A program made the translations under genes and the position numbers. A stretch of DNA of 64,000 bases, taken from the IMG/VR virus record IMGVR_UViG_3300045988_079610; one strand, 5' to 3'. The stretch comes from a virus. Each line of letters begins with the position of its first letter. Position 1 is the stretch's first letter. Below the pieces are notes generated by a model. The model had not been told where the DNA came from. It searched no databases and was given only the letters and a program-made list of their open reading frames with translations. Below are positions 9,269 through 21,500 of the stretch, piece after piece.

Positions 9269-12200
9269 ATGGTATATCAATTAAAAAGAACTCAAACTAA
9301 TAAGAGACCTCAAGCATTTTGGGGTTCTATTATTCCTTCAGCATTAAGTTTTGTTGGAGGTCTTATTACTAGTAGTCAGCAAGCTAAAGCTCAAAGACGA
9401 GCTTTGGAAGAACAACAAAGACTTGCTAAACAACAACTTGATATTAGTAATCAAAATCAATTAGCTAGTACTCTTAATAATTATGCTCTTGCTCAACAAT
9501 CTTATGATGATAAAGATTATAATCTTAAATATCGTATAGGAGGAGTTAAAAGACTCGGTGGCAGAAATATTATTATTACTGATGGAGGTAATGCTAAGAG
9601 AATAGGAAACAACACATATCTTCTACGGGGGGGTTCTCACGAAGATATTAATGAAACTGGTCAAACTGGCATAGGTATTAATGTTGGCGGTAATGAAATT
9701 GAAGCTGAAGGTGGTGAAGTTGCTCAACGTAAGGGCAACTCTTTGCGTATATATTCAGCTCAACCTATTCTTGGTGGTATGAGTCCTGCTCAAGCCATAA
9801 TGAGAGGATATAATAAAGATAGAGTATTTAACGCTCAACAAAGATTTAAGAAGAATAATGGTATTAAAGATGACGGTAATCAACAAAGAAATGGTGGTTT
9901 AACTTCTAAAGATAGAGGTTCTTCTAAACATCCTTATCCTTCTGTATCATCTAAAGATTTTGCAGGTGGTAATAGAAGTTATCCTATTCCTACTAAAGCT
10001 GATGCTATTGATGCTTTAAGACTTGCTGGTCTTCATGGTAGAAGTGATGTTAGAAGTAAAATATATAGTAAGTATCCTGAACTTAGAAAGAAAGCTGATT
10101 TTGGTACTGTGGTTCCTGGTGGTATTCCTGGTACTGATAGTTATAGAGGTAGAATATATAGTGGATATGATATTAGTCCTTTTAATCTTCTTAATATTTT
10201 AAATTATTTAGATAGAGCTGCTGGATTTGTAGATGAAAACGGTAATAGTAGATATATTACTGGTATAGCTCCTGTTTCTGGTAGAGGTAAAATGTCTAAT
10301 AAAGCTTTGCTTAGACAAGCTAGAAGAGCTAATAATAGAGCAATGATGAATCCAGTAAGAGAAAATAGTTCTACTATTTCTGTTAGTCCTGTAAAACCTG
10401 GTTATACTTGGAATGGTACTATAGTTACAACTCGTTCTCCTTATGCTGGTAGAGGTATGCAACGATTAGATATGAGAGGTTTTAAACCTTATAATGCTTC
10501 AGTTAAAGAAACTCCTACTTATTCATATACTATTCGTCAAGATTTCAATCCTAATAATAATATTAATCTTGGATTAGGTAGTAGACTTAGAGGTAATGTT
10601 GAAATTGGAATTGGAGCTGCTAAACAAAAAATAAATAAATTTATAAATAAAACTAAAGTTAAAGTTACAAATCCCAATACATATAGAACTAAAACTGGTT
10701 TTGAAGAAAGATACAATCCTACTTTAGGAGCTTATGAACAATATAATACTTATAAATTAAAACCATGGGTTAAAGCTACTGCTGGTGCTGTTGGAACTGC
10801 TGGAGCAATTGGATTAGGAATAGGTTTAGCTAAAACAAAAAATAAAAATGAGAATAATAAAGCTCAACTCGATGCTTATGGCAAACCTATTTCTCCATAT
10901 ATAGCTAGACCTCAAGAACCAGCTAAACCTCAAGCTAAGAAAGTTGTTTCTGCTCGTAAAGATACAACTAGAAGAGATACTACTAAGCAAGTTAATAAAG
11001 TAGTTAAACGTCAAGTTAGAACAACTCCTCAATATACAGGTAATACTACTAAAGGTAATTATCAATTACATGATGGAGAAACTAAAGTTATTAATGGTAT
11101 TAAATATACTCGTATAGGAAATACTATTATTAATCATAAGACAAATGTAGGTTATATTTATGATAAGAATGGTAATTATACTGGTCAAGCAGATTATTCT
11201 AAAGTAGGTAATTTTAATCAAGCATTTGATGCAGCTAGAGCTGCTGGTAGAAATCAATTTATTTATCGTGCTGGTAAATATAATAATTATTCTACTGCTA
11301 AAGAAACTAATGCTAAGAAAGAAGCTTTGAATAGAAGAATTGGTGCTAGACGTATTGCTAAGAGAATTGGAGGTCTTACTAACCCCCCCGTAGAAAGGTT
11401 TAAATGTGGTGGTCGTGTAAGACCTAAAGCAGGAAATGGTATGCTTGCTACTATTTATAGTTATGGTACTAATATAAGAAGACTTCCTTCATTTGCTCCT
11501 ATAGATATTACTCCAAATTTTAAACCTGTTTCTGTTCCAACTAATACAAAAACTCCTTTTGATCCAAATAGTGTTCCTTATTTAGGAAATCAATCTACTT
11601 TTAAACCTGCTACTCAAGATTATATAGGTTTAGGTATTGATACTCTTGCTGCTTTAGGTAGTGGAATGTTTACTCGTTCTGCATATAATAAAATGAATTT
11701 TGACTATGCTTTACCTAATTATGTAGATGAATCTCCAATAGCATTTGATACAACTTATCATAATGAAGCTCAACGTGCAAATATAGAACGTAATAGACTT
11801 AATGCTCGAAATTTAATTAGAGGTAATACTGCTAGTGCTCAAACATCTTTAGGTCGTATGCAACAAAGTGATGTAGATGCTATGATGGAAACTAATAAGC
11901 TTCTTGATGAAAAGAGTAATAAAGAAGTTGAACTTAGAAATCAAAATGCTGCAAATGAGCAACAAGTTCGTGCTAGAAATGCTGCTGCTAGAAATCAATA
12001 TTATCAGAATGTTGCACAAATTAAAAATGCTGCAATCGAAGCTAAAAATAATGCTGAACTTGCTAAGGCTCAAAGTATTGGAGCAGATTTAAGTGGTCTT
12101 TCTCAAGCATGGACTAATTTTGCTGGTAGTGTTGAAAGTAGATATGATGCTAGACAAAATGAAATAGCTGCTATATCTAGTGCTAATAGTCCATCTGTTG

Positions 12201-12343
12201 TAAAGAATGCTATATCTTTAGGATATAATTTAAGTCCTGAAGTTCTTGCTAATTTGTATAAAAATTCAAAGAATGAAGAACTTAGAAATACTATACTTGG
12301 AAGACTAAGTCCTAATGAAAGAAAAAGATATGGTATTGAATAA
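9269..12343 (+). CDS. large virion (probably internal/ejected) protein, 1024 aa
   Basis: Long ORF with a hydrophobic N-terminal segment, Gly-rich basic repeats (GGVKRLGG, RIGGLTNPP) and a Q/N/A-rich coiled-coil-like C-terminus. No enzymatic motif recognised. Confidence 0.8.
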   Translation: MVYQLKRTQTNKRPQAFWGSIIPSALSFVGGLITSSQQAKAQRRALEEQQRLAKQQLDISNQNQLASTLNNYALAQQSYDDKDYNLKYRIGGVKRLGGRNIIITDGGNAKRIGNNTYLLRGGSHEDINETGQTGIGINVGGNEIEAEGGEVAQRKGNSLRIYSAQPILGGMSPAQAIMRGYNKDRVFNAQQRFKKNNGIKDDGNQQRNGGLTSKDRGSSKHPYPSVSSKDFAGGNRSYPIPTKADAIDALRLAGLHGRSDVRSKIYSKYPELRKKADFGTVVPGGIPGTDSYRGRIYSGYDISPFNLLNILNYLDRAAGFVDENGNSRYITGIAPVSGRGKMSNKALLRQARRANNRAMMNPVRENSSTISVSPVKPGYTWNGTIVTTRSPYAGRGMQRLDMRGFKPYNASVKETPTYSYTIRQDFNPNNNINLGLGSRLRGNVEIGIGAAKQKINKFINKTKVKVTNPNTYRTKTGFEERYNPTLGAYEQYNTYKLKPWVKATAGAVGTAGAIGLGIGLAKTKNKNENNKAQLDAYGKPISPYIARPQEPAKPQAKKVVSARKDTTRRDTTKQVNKVVKRQVRTTPQYTGNTTKGNYQLHDGETKVINGIKYTRIGNTIINHKTNVGYIYDKNGNYTGQADYSKVGNFNQAFDAARAAGRNQFIYRAGKYNNYSTAKETNAKKEALNRRIGARRIAKRIGGLTNPPVERFKCGGRVRPKAGNGMLATIYSYGTNIRRLPSFAPIDITPNFKPVSVPTNTKTPFDPNSVPYLGNQSTFKPATQDYIGLGIDTLAALGSGMFTRSAYNKMNFDYALPNYVDESPIAFDTTYHNEAQRANIERNRLNARNLIRGNTASAQTSLGRMQQSDVDAMMETNKLLDEKSNKEVELRNQNAANEQQVRARNAAARNQYYQNVAQIKNAAIEAKNNAELAKAQSIGADLSGLSQAWTNFAGSVESRYDARQNEIAAISSANSPSVVKNAISLGYNLSPEVLANLYKNSKNEELRNTILGRLSPNERKRYGIE
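9621..9633 (-). repeat. GC-motif copy 3, G-rich on +: TTCTACGGGGGGG (codes LLRGG)
   Basis: Read directly; G7 run at 9627-9633. Confidence 0.95.
11383..11395 (+). repeat. GC-motif copy 4, C-rich on +: (ACTAA)CCCCCCCGTAGAA (codes NPPVE)
   Basis: Read directly; C7 run at 11383-11389. Confidence 0.95.
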
Positions 12344-12356
12344 CTAAAATAAATTA

Positions 12357-12402
12357 AATACTTCTGATGGTCATAATACTATCAGAAGTATTACTTATTT
12401 TT
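12357..12402 (+). terminator. intrinsic terminator hairpin
   Basis: AATACTTCTGAT (12357-12368) pairs with ATCAGAAGTATT (12381-12392), giving a 12-bp stem with a 12-nt loop, followed by ACTTATTTTT. Confidence 0.7.
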
Positions 12403-12431
12403 GTAATAGTTATAATTTAAACATTAAAAAT

Positions 12432-13655
12432 ATGCCAACTCAAAAAGAATATCAAGGTGTTCAAATAGGTGGTTATGTTCCACAAAGAATACTTGGAAAA
12501 AGAGATTTAAGTGGACTTTGGAATATGATTAATATTCGTAATCAACGTTATGATGAAGCTATTAAACAAAAGTCTGCTATTGATGTAGCTTTAGGAAATC
12601 TTAAACTTAATGCTGCTGAGGATAAATGGAAATATGATTATGCTCGTAAGATTCAAAAAAGAATTGACGACGCTGCCACTATGGGAGATTATGGTGATGC
12701 TTTAGATACTGCTGTACTTGAAGCTGGAAAGGCTGTTTCATCTCCTGAAGTTATGGGTCGTATTCGTGCAAATGAAGCTTATGAGAAAAAGAAACAAGAA
12801 GTTGAGTCTTTAGCTAATGCTGGAACTATAGGTGGTATTACTAAAGAAAGATGGCTTGCTCAAAATAAATATTCATATACTGATACTTATGACAATGAAG
12901 GTAATATAGTTGGAGGTAGTGAATGGAAAGCAGGATGGGAACCTGTTAGAAAAGTTGATATGTCTCGTCTTGTAACTCTTGCTGGTCAATTAGCTTCTCC
13001 TAGAAAAAGAGCTGCAAGTAGTAGTTCCACAATAAAAGAAAGTGATGAACAAGGTATTGGTAGTGGAGTTACTCAAACTGGAGATTTAGCTAATGGTCAA
13101 ATAAGAAGTGTTAAGACTGGATTTGAAAAAAGTAGTGGTTCTGGTTATCAAAGAGAAACTCTTACTAAAGAAAAAATTGATGAAGTATATAATCAACTAT
13201 TTGCTTTAGACCCTGACAATATGAATGCTCTTATGCAAGATTATGATGACTATGAATGGAAAGCTAAGCAACTTAAAGCTGAAGCTGATATAACTACTGA
13301 CCCTGAAAAGAAAAAGAAACTTCAAAGTTCTTATAAAGCGTTCTTTAATGAAACTCATGATGCAAGTGGTAATCCTCTTAAAGTTAAAGAATATATGCTT
13401 AATAAAATAGGTCTTATTACTAAAAATATGGCTTATGATAATCTTACTACTAGTAGTCAAAGCGGCAAAAGTAATGAAAGAGGGTTAACCTTTGGTACTA
13501 AATGGGCACTTCAAAATAAAGGAGATACTGATGGAATGGCTGAACTTGTAGGAAGTGGTAGTACTGGAGGTACACAAAGAAGTAATCCTGCTAATAAAAG
13601 TTGGTTTGTTCAAACAATGGAGAAACAATTAGAAGAAGGTGGAATATTTAATTAA
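12432..13655 (+). CDS. hypothetical virion protein
   Basis: 407-aa ORF in the virion-protein block. Confidence 0.75.
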   Translation: MPTQKEYQGVQIGGYVPQRILGKRDLSGLWNMINIRNQRYDEAIKQKSAIDVALGNLKLNAAEDKWKYDYARKIQKRIDDAATMGDYGDALDTAVLEAGKAVSSPEVMGRIRANEAYEKKKQEVESLANAGTIGGITKERWLAQNKYSYTDTYDNEGNIVGGSEWKAGWEPVRKVDMSRLVTLAGQLASPRKRAASSSSTIKESDEQGIGSGVTQTGDLANGQIRSVKTGFEKSSGSGYQRETLTKEKIDEVYNQLFALDPDNMNALMQDYDDYEWKAKQLKAEADITTDPEKKKKLQSSYKAFFNETHDASGNPLKVKEYMLNKIGLITKNMAYDNLTTSSQSGKSNERGLTFGTKWALQNKGDTDGMAELVGSGSTGGTQRSNPANKSWFVQTMEKQLEEGGIFN

Positions 13656-13666
13656 CGGTTATTATT

Positions 13667-15595
13667 ATGTTAAACAAAGATATATATAATAAGTTTATTG
13701 CAAATGGTGATTATGCTGGAGCAGCTAATTATCTTTCACGTGGTCATTTTAAAGACCCTAATAAACAAAGGATAGTTAATGAAACTATTAAACAACTTAG
13801 AAGTGAAGGACGTAAACTTCAAGGAATGATGGAACGTGCAGACGATGACCAAAAAGCTGCTTTTAGTTTTATTAATAGTGTTAATAATAATGGTAATCTT
13901 CCAGGACTAAATAGTGGAAAAGATTCAGATGGAAATTATATAGGGGCAACTAATCAATATAGTGAAGCTTACTCTGATGCTAAAAGAAATTTAGCATCTA
14001 CTAATGAACATGAAGCTGAATCTATATCTATTAAATTTGGAGGTAAAAAAGATAAACGTTATGGTTTTCTTGGAATAGATTTTCTTGCTAAAGATAAAGA
14101 ATATAAAACAGATGCATTTACTGATATGCTTCATAGAGCTGGTATTACTAAAAATTCTTTAGTTAAGTCTGGAGCTAAAGTTGTAGTTAAAAATGGTCAA
14201 TATTATCTTAATATTAGTAAACGTAATAATTTGTTTAATAGAGTTTATAATGCTTTATTAAAAACAAAATCAGATGATGGTTTATATAGATTTCAAGTAG
14301 CTGGAATTGATGCTAAAGGAAATTTAATTAAAAATAGAGAAAGCAGATTAATGTTATCTGCTGAAGATAGAGGAGAAGCTATACGTAATGGAATAGATAT
14401 TTCTCGTTATAGAGATACTATAACTACTTCTGATATAGAAAAAAGTGATGGATATTATTATAATCCTAGTGATTCAAAAATGTTTAGAAATTTTACAGCT
14501 CCTTATGAAGTTGTAAATGATGCTAATAATAAAGTTAAAAGTATTACTTCTGTAAATGAAAAAGAAGGAACTTCTACTGTTAGTTCTATGACTTTAAATT
14601 TTAATTCAGCTAGAGCTAAAGACATTAGTGATTATCTTAATGCTGGTAGAATAAATTCTTCTCAAGCTTCTGCTCTTATTAATGAAAATAATAATGCCAT
14701 TTTAAATGGTATTATGAATAGTGATTTAACACAATACGAAGTATATGCTACAGATTATGAAGATGATAGTGGTAATACTACTAGAAGTAAAATAGATGAT
14801 ACTAAAACACGTGCAGAAATACAAGATAGAATACGCGCTGAAATACGTGATGGTAAATTCGATGTTAATACTCAAGTAGCTTTAGCTATTCAAGGAGATC
14901 AAACAGGTTATGTTATAACTCTTCCTGCTAAACATGATAAAGATGGAGAAGTTGAAGGAACTACTGAAAGTATATTTATTCCTGATTTTCTTAATGGAGA
15001 AGCAGAAAAAGTATTTAATAGAAATACTAAAACTAGAGCTATTAAAGAACTTGCTAGTATGGAAATGTATAATTATGGTGTAGATATACCTCAAGATGGT
15101 AAACTTAATGTTTATAATAATCCTGATACTGGAGCTGCTGTTTATCAAATGGAATATTCTGATGGTAGTACAGTTCAAATAGATAAAGATGAAGCTCTTA
15201 GAAATATAAACAAAATGCTTATTGTAGAAGATGGTATAGATAATGCTAATAGTTTATTTTATGATGAAGATGGTAATATAAGAAAAGGCATTGAACAAAA
15301 TGGAAAAATTAATGCTAATTTTCATAACGATTTAGTTAAAAAGGTTGATGCTTATGTTACTTCTGCTATGAGCGAACTTTATCCAGAAGCTTGGCAAAGT
15401 TTTAAACCATTTGCTAATTATGCTATAAATAATGATTTTGAATCAGAAGATTATAAAACTAAATTAGCTAAAGCAATGGAAAGTTTTGTAGATTCTAGTA
15501 ATATAAATCTTATTAATAATCAAAGAGCTATTTATTCTAGTTATATTTTAGACAATATAGGTATGAACGATAGTGATATGTATAATATAGAATAA
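13667..15595 (+). CDS. hypothetical virion protein
   Basis: 642-aa ORF in the virion-protein block. Confidence 0.75.
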   Translation: MLNKDIYNKFIANGDYAGAANYLSRGHFKDPNKQRIVNETIKQLRSEGRKLQGMMERADDDQKAAFSFINSVNNNGNLPGLNSGKDSDGNYIGATNQYSEAYSDAKRNLASTNEHEAESISIKFGGKKDKRYGFLGIDFLAKDKEYKTDAFTDMLHRAGITKNSLVKSGAKVVVKNGQYYLNISKRNNLFNRVYNALLKTKSDDGLYRFQVAGIDAKGNLIKNRESRLMLSAEDRGEAIRNGIDISRYRDTITTSDIEKSDGYYYNPSDSKMFRNFTAPYEVVNDANNKVKSITSVNEKEGTSTVSSMTLNFNSARAKDISDYLNAGRINSSQASALINENNNAILNGIMNSDLTQYEVYATDYEDDSGNTTRSKIDDTKTRAEIQDRIRAEIRDGKFDVNTQVALAIQGDQTGYVITLPAKHDKDGEVEGTTESIFIPDFLNGEAEKVFNRNTKTRAIKELASMEMYNYGVDIPQDGKLNVYNNPDTGAAVYQMEYSDGSTVQIDKDEALRNINKMLIVEDGIDNANSLFYDEDGNIRKGIEQNGKINANFHNDLVKKVDAYVTSAMSELYPEAWQSFKPFANYAINNDFESEDYKTKLAKAMESFVDSSNINLINNQRAIYSSYILDNIGMNDSDMYNIE

Positions 15596-15597
15596 TT

Positions 15598-18500
15598 ATG
15601 AATACAGATAATGTTTTTAAGAATAGTGGTTATATTATTTCTAATCCAAATTATAACCCTAAAACAAAAAAAGGTAGGAGTCAATCTCCTACCCTTCATG
15701 TTATTGGAGTAGACGATGCTGGTGGTAATGGAGCTGCTGATGTTTTTGCAAGTAATGTAAATGATATGTGGGCTATGGGAGATACTTCTAAATATCAAAG
15801 ATATGGTATCACTCCTAATAGAATTTCTCCAAATCTAGATAAAGAATTAGCTGATGCTCAATCTAATTGGGCTAAAGCTGGAAATGCTCTTGCTCAAACT
15901 GTAATATCTGAAATAGGTCTTGGAACTGCTTTAGGTATTACAGATTTATTTGATATGATAGGTAGTAAAATAGGTATTCTTGATGATAACTATAAAAATC
16001 CTGTTAGTGAATTTCTTGAGAAGAAACAAGAAGAGTTTAGAGAATTTGCTCCTATATATACAACTCCAGGAGTTGATATAGCTAATGGTGGACTTACAGA
16101 TTTTGGTTGGTGGATGAGTAATATGCCTAGTATAGCTAGTAGTTTAACTTTACTTATTCCTAGTACTGGTATTACTAAAGGTTTATCTTGGTTAGGTAAA
16201 GCTACTAAAGCTACTTCGTTTACTAGAAAAGCTATACGTGCTACAAGTAAAGCTATAGGTAATAAAAACCTTTATCGTTGGGCTAATAAAGCTTCTACTA
16301 TTGAAAAAGCTAATGCTATGACAGAATTAGGACTTAATGCAGCTCTTAGTAGAACTATGGAAAATTATCAAGAAGCTAGAGGTGTATATAATGATATGTA
16401 TGCTGAGGCTGTTGATAAACTTAATAATCTTACTCCTCAACAATATCAACAATATATAGATAATAATCCTAATATATTTAAAGACAAAGACGGTAATGAT
16501 AAAGTAGATACATCTGATAGAGATGCTGTTGCTAAATTTGTTGCTAAAGAATCTGCTGATAGAGACTTTCTACAAAACTATTGGAATATAGGTTGGGATA
16601 TGCTTCAACTTTATGGTTTAAAGAATATGTTTAGAGGAGGTAAACTTCCTGAACTTGGTAGTAGTAAAGCTAAAATTCGTCGTGCTCATAAAGACATGAT
16701 GAAATATGCAGATAAACTTAAAGGTACAAATACTGCTGAGATTGTAGAAGAAATTAAAGAACTTAATAAGAGTTTACCTTTTATGACTAAACTTGGTCAT
16801 AAGATTGAAGATTATACTTATGGTAATGCTATGACTATTGGTGCTGAAGCTTCTGAAGGTGCTGAGGAAGCTTGGAACTATATTAGTCAAATGGAAGGTA
16901 TGCACACTGGTCGTTTACTTCTTGGTACTGATAAACCTAGTAGATGGGATAATAGATTTAATGATTATATTACTTCTCCTCAACTTTGGGAAAGTGCTTT
17001 TTGGGGTGTTCTAGGTGGTGTTGTATTTCAAAATGTAGGTGGTTTGTTTAAACAAGTTGGATATAATATATCTAAACATGCTAAAGATAAGAAAGCTGCT
17101 AAGAAAGCAGAAACTACTGGAGAAACTAAACTTGCTCCTGAATGGAGTTTATTTGATGATATGCCTGATGTTAAAAGAGGTATTGAATCAGTATATGCAA
17201 GACAAGTTAATCTTATGAATTTAAAGGAAAAACAAGAACTTATTAAGTCTGGTAAAAATCCTTATGATTCATCTAAAGAAATAACTAAAGAAGAAGCTCC
17301 TATTTATGAGAAAATGGTTTCTGATGATTATATTGTCAATCTAGCTCTTCAATCTTATAATAATGGAACATTTGATATGACAAGAGAATATTTTGCTAAT
17401 GATAATGTTCGTAAAGGCATGGTTGAAAATGGAGTTATTAGTGAAGAAGATTCTCATAAATTTCAACAAGAAGTACTTGCTAAACTTGATAAAACTAAAG
17501 AGCAATATGAAGACGAAACTGTTAGAATAGATGCTTTAAGTGGAGAAGGTGATAGAAAAGAAAACATTCCTATGGAATATATTCAAATAGCTGCTACTCA
17601 TAATGTCAAAACTCTTAATAATATAGAAGATATGACTGCTAGACAAGCAGCTCTTATTAAAGAATTTGATGATGCTTTTGCTGCTATTCCTGATGGTAAA
17701 ATAGATAAAAATCTTCCATACAGACAAATGATGGATTTTCAAGTTAAAGTTAGTTATCTAAATAAACTTGAAGATGATAAACGTAAACTAGAAGAACAAC
17801 ATAAAATTGACCCTAATATTGGAACTCAAGTTTCATTAGATAATATAAATAAACGTATTGATAATGTAAAGAAAGAAATAGCTGGAGATTTTAGTAATGA
17901 AAGAGCTTCTTATACTATGTTTGCTCTTAATGAATTGCTTGCTCATAAACGTACTCAATTTAAAGAAATTGATGCTAATATAGAAAAAGTATTTCATGAC
18001 CTTGAAAATGGTAATGCTAAAGCTTTTGGCAAATATTTTGGTAATGAAGAATATAATCCTGATAAAGATACTATTGATAGTATTATACAGGAATATAAGC
18101 AATTAGGTAAAAGATATGATGATGTTATGACTAATCTAGAACAATTAGGAACTACTGCTGATTCATATCGTAATGCCGTTATGCTTGGAGAATTTATTAA
18201 TGAACAAAATAGTAATATGATTGCTACTCGTAAAGAGTTTGATGATTATATGAATGTTCTAAATAATACAATAAATGAAACTAGAATTAAAGCTATAGAT
18301 GAAGCAGTAAATAATATTACTAGTTTAACTGATAAATATGATTTAGATATAATAGATAAAATTCTTCTTGCCAATAAAAATGGTAAGCCTATAGACGATT
18401 TAACTTCTGATTTTGAAGAAGGAGATAAAGCTAAAATTAATGAAGCATTATCTGTTATAAACTTTAGTAATCAAGCTAATATTGGAATATATGAAGATAT

Positions 18501-21500
18501 TAAAAATAACATTATTGCTAAGATGGCACAAAAAGCTATTGATGAAGGTAATGCTTCTGCTCAAACTAAGAATGCTGTCAAGGAAAATTCTACAAGCAAT
18601 TTAAATCCCTCAGAATCCACTGAAAACGAATCATCGAATAATCAATCAACCGAAACATCTGAATCGTCTACGCAAGAGAAAAATAAGCAACCAGCCAATT
18701 TACAACAATCAGAGGAACAACCGCAAACAGAAAATCAATTTATCAAAGTTACAGATAATGGAGTTGAAACTAATGAAACTCAAGATACTGCTGATGGTCG
18801 TATAGTACAATCTGTTGATGAAGAAACTGGAGAAGTTATAAGAAATATACTTCCTAAAGATGACACAGAAAAATCTCAGTCTGATTATTATAAAAATAAT
18901 AATCTTTTTGATTATGAGGATGGAGTAAGTCTTATTGATAATAATTATAAAATTCAAGCGTATCCTGCTCTTGATAATGATGGTAATTTAATTAAAGGTA
19001 GACTTGTTAAACAAACAACTGAAGGAGAAGCAAAAGCTCCAACAGAAACAAAAGAGGAAAGTCCTTCTACGGGGGGGATTAAACAATCTCAAGATACAAC
19101 TTCTACTTTTGATGCTGAACAATTTACACATGATATACAATCTGCTTTTGCTGGTCATGTAGATTATATGACTTCAGATGAAGATATAAATAAAGTAGCT
19201 GATGCTATTAAAGCTAAAATAGCAGAAGTTCGTCCTGAAATAAAATCTGAATATGTAAATGCTGAAGTCGATAAATATGTTGAACAACTTAAAAAAGCTT
19301 TTGATAAAGTTCGTCAATATAAAGGTATAGAAAGAGCTGCTGGAAATCTTAATGTTGTTGCTCAAACAGAAAGTTTTGCTGCTAAAGTAGAAGAAACAGA
19401 TACTACTGATTATTCTCCTATGTTTAGTAAAGCTATGGATGTTTTTGTTCAAGAGTATGCTAAAACTCTTCTAGTACCTTATAGTGAAGGTAAACAAATT
19501 ATTAATATGCAAGATATTCTTCGTATTTGTCAAAGCACTTACGGTAATGATTCTACTCAAGCTACAAATCTTTATAATTTATGTAAAGCGTATCTTCTTA
19601 GTGAAGATGGTAAAAAGAAATATATTATTGAAGATTTAGAAGAAATTAATAAAGATACTGTTGTAGAAAATTCATTTAAAAATCCTATAACTAGACAAAC
19701 TGAATTTGTTGGTGGTTTTTATTCAGCTAGAGTTGATATTAAAAGTTTTATTGATTTAATGAATGATAAAGATATTACTTCTGATGCTGATAGAAAAGCT
19801 TATTTTGATGTTATGGATAAGCTTCAACCAGGAGATAAAGTTAAACTTTATGCTGTAAATGATGAATTAATAATTAAAGGTGTTGATAGTAATGGTAAAG
19901 AAATTACTATTGGTAGAATGCCAAAGCCTGTTACTATTGATGATGGAAAATATGTTGCATTTAATGAAGGTTGGGGAACTGATGTTAAAATAGGACCTAA
20001 TGGAGAAGTTCAAAGTGAACTTAGAGATTTATTTAAAAGTATATTTCTTAATGACGGTTCTAATAAAACATTAGATGATTTACGACAAATAATTGTAAAT
20101 GCTAGTGTAAATGGACTTAGTAATAAATATATTGCTGCTTTTCAAAATAATCCTCTGATTGCTAAACTTGTTGATTATAGCATTAAAGAAAAAGATTTTT
20201 ATAAACGTAAAGTTTATATTGATAAAGAAGGTAATGCTGATTATAGAAATATGCTTAATCATCTTGTAAAATTATGGAGATTTTGTAATATTAGTGATGC
20301 TAAACTTAATATTAAAAATAATGTTACTAATATTAATGTAGGTTTAAATCTTTGGTTTAATAAGATGTATAATAGTTATAATAATATAACTGGTGTTACA
20401 AGTAATCAAGAAGTTACTGTTAGTAAAATAACTGAAGGTAAAATGCACAGAAAACTTGCATTTGTTACTGATGAAAATAAATCAGAACTTCCTCATCCTA
20501 AAGAAGGTATTAAAGATTTAAGTTCTGCTAGAATTGCAGTTGTAGATCCTCAGAATCCTACAAGCATGATTATTTCTGGTAAAGAACATATATCTTCTAA
20601 TGGATGGAAAGCTGGTTCTACTATTATGGCTGTATTTAATCGTAATGGACAACCTGATTTTGTTAAAGCTATTGGAGTTAATTTTGATAATAACGAAGAT
20701 AATGATTCTATTACAAAAGTTGGTAGAGCAATAGTTAAAGAATTTCAAAGACATCTTAATAATTTCTTTGTTGATGGCAATTTAAATGAATTAGAGATAT
20801 TCTTTAATAATTTAATTAGAAATAAAGGTAATGTTGGAGTTGTTCCTCTTCTTGCTCCTAAAAGCAGTATTGTAACAGTAGGTCAACAATCAGTTCACAA
20901 TAATAAAACTAATACAGATGACCATCATCTTCAAATAAATTTTTATGATAAAGCTAATGATATTAATAGATGGATAAGAATTTATAATGTTTCTTTTGGT
21001 AATACTAAAGCTAGAAAAATTATAACTTCTGATGGTTTTAGATTTGATTATAATAATCAAGCTAAAAGTAGTTCTGGTAATCCAGCTTATACTATTATTA
21101 GTATGTTACAATCTTTATGTAATCTTAATATAGATGCAGAAGGTATTAAAATGGATAATCAAGCTACATCTTCTAATACAGGTTTTATTACTAAAAAGGA
21201 TGGTAAAATTCATTTAGATATTGGTGATGAAGATGGAGTACATGAAGAATATGATAGTTATAATGATTTTTTAGTAAATAATAATTTTATTAGAGTTAAT
21301 ACTTTTATTGATGATAATGGTAGTAACTATGATAGAACTTCAGATGTGCAAGGAGCTTCTCAAAATATGTATATTGATATTCCTATGTCAACTATACAAA
21401 CTTCAACTAGTCAACAAACAAAAGGTTCTACAGAAAGAATAGAACGTGGAACTGATAAAGATAAATATGATAATCTTAAAGCTTCTCTTGAGTCAGATAG

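Noticed and set aside
11377-11382. TACTAAC immediately 5' of several motif copies (11376, 56692 reverse complement), identical to the yeast intron branch-point box.
   Set aside because: This is a coincidental resemblance. No intron-like features or splice context are present in a phage of bacteria.
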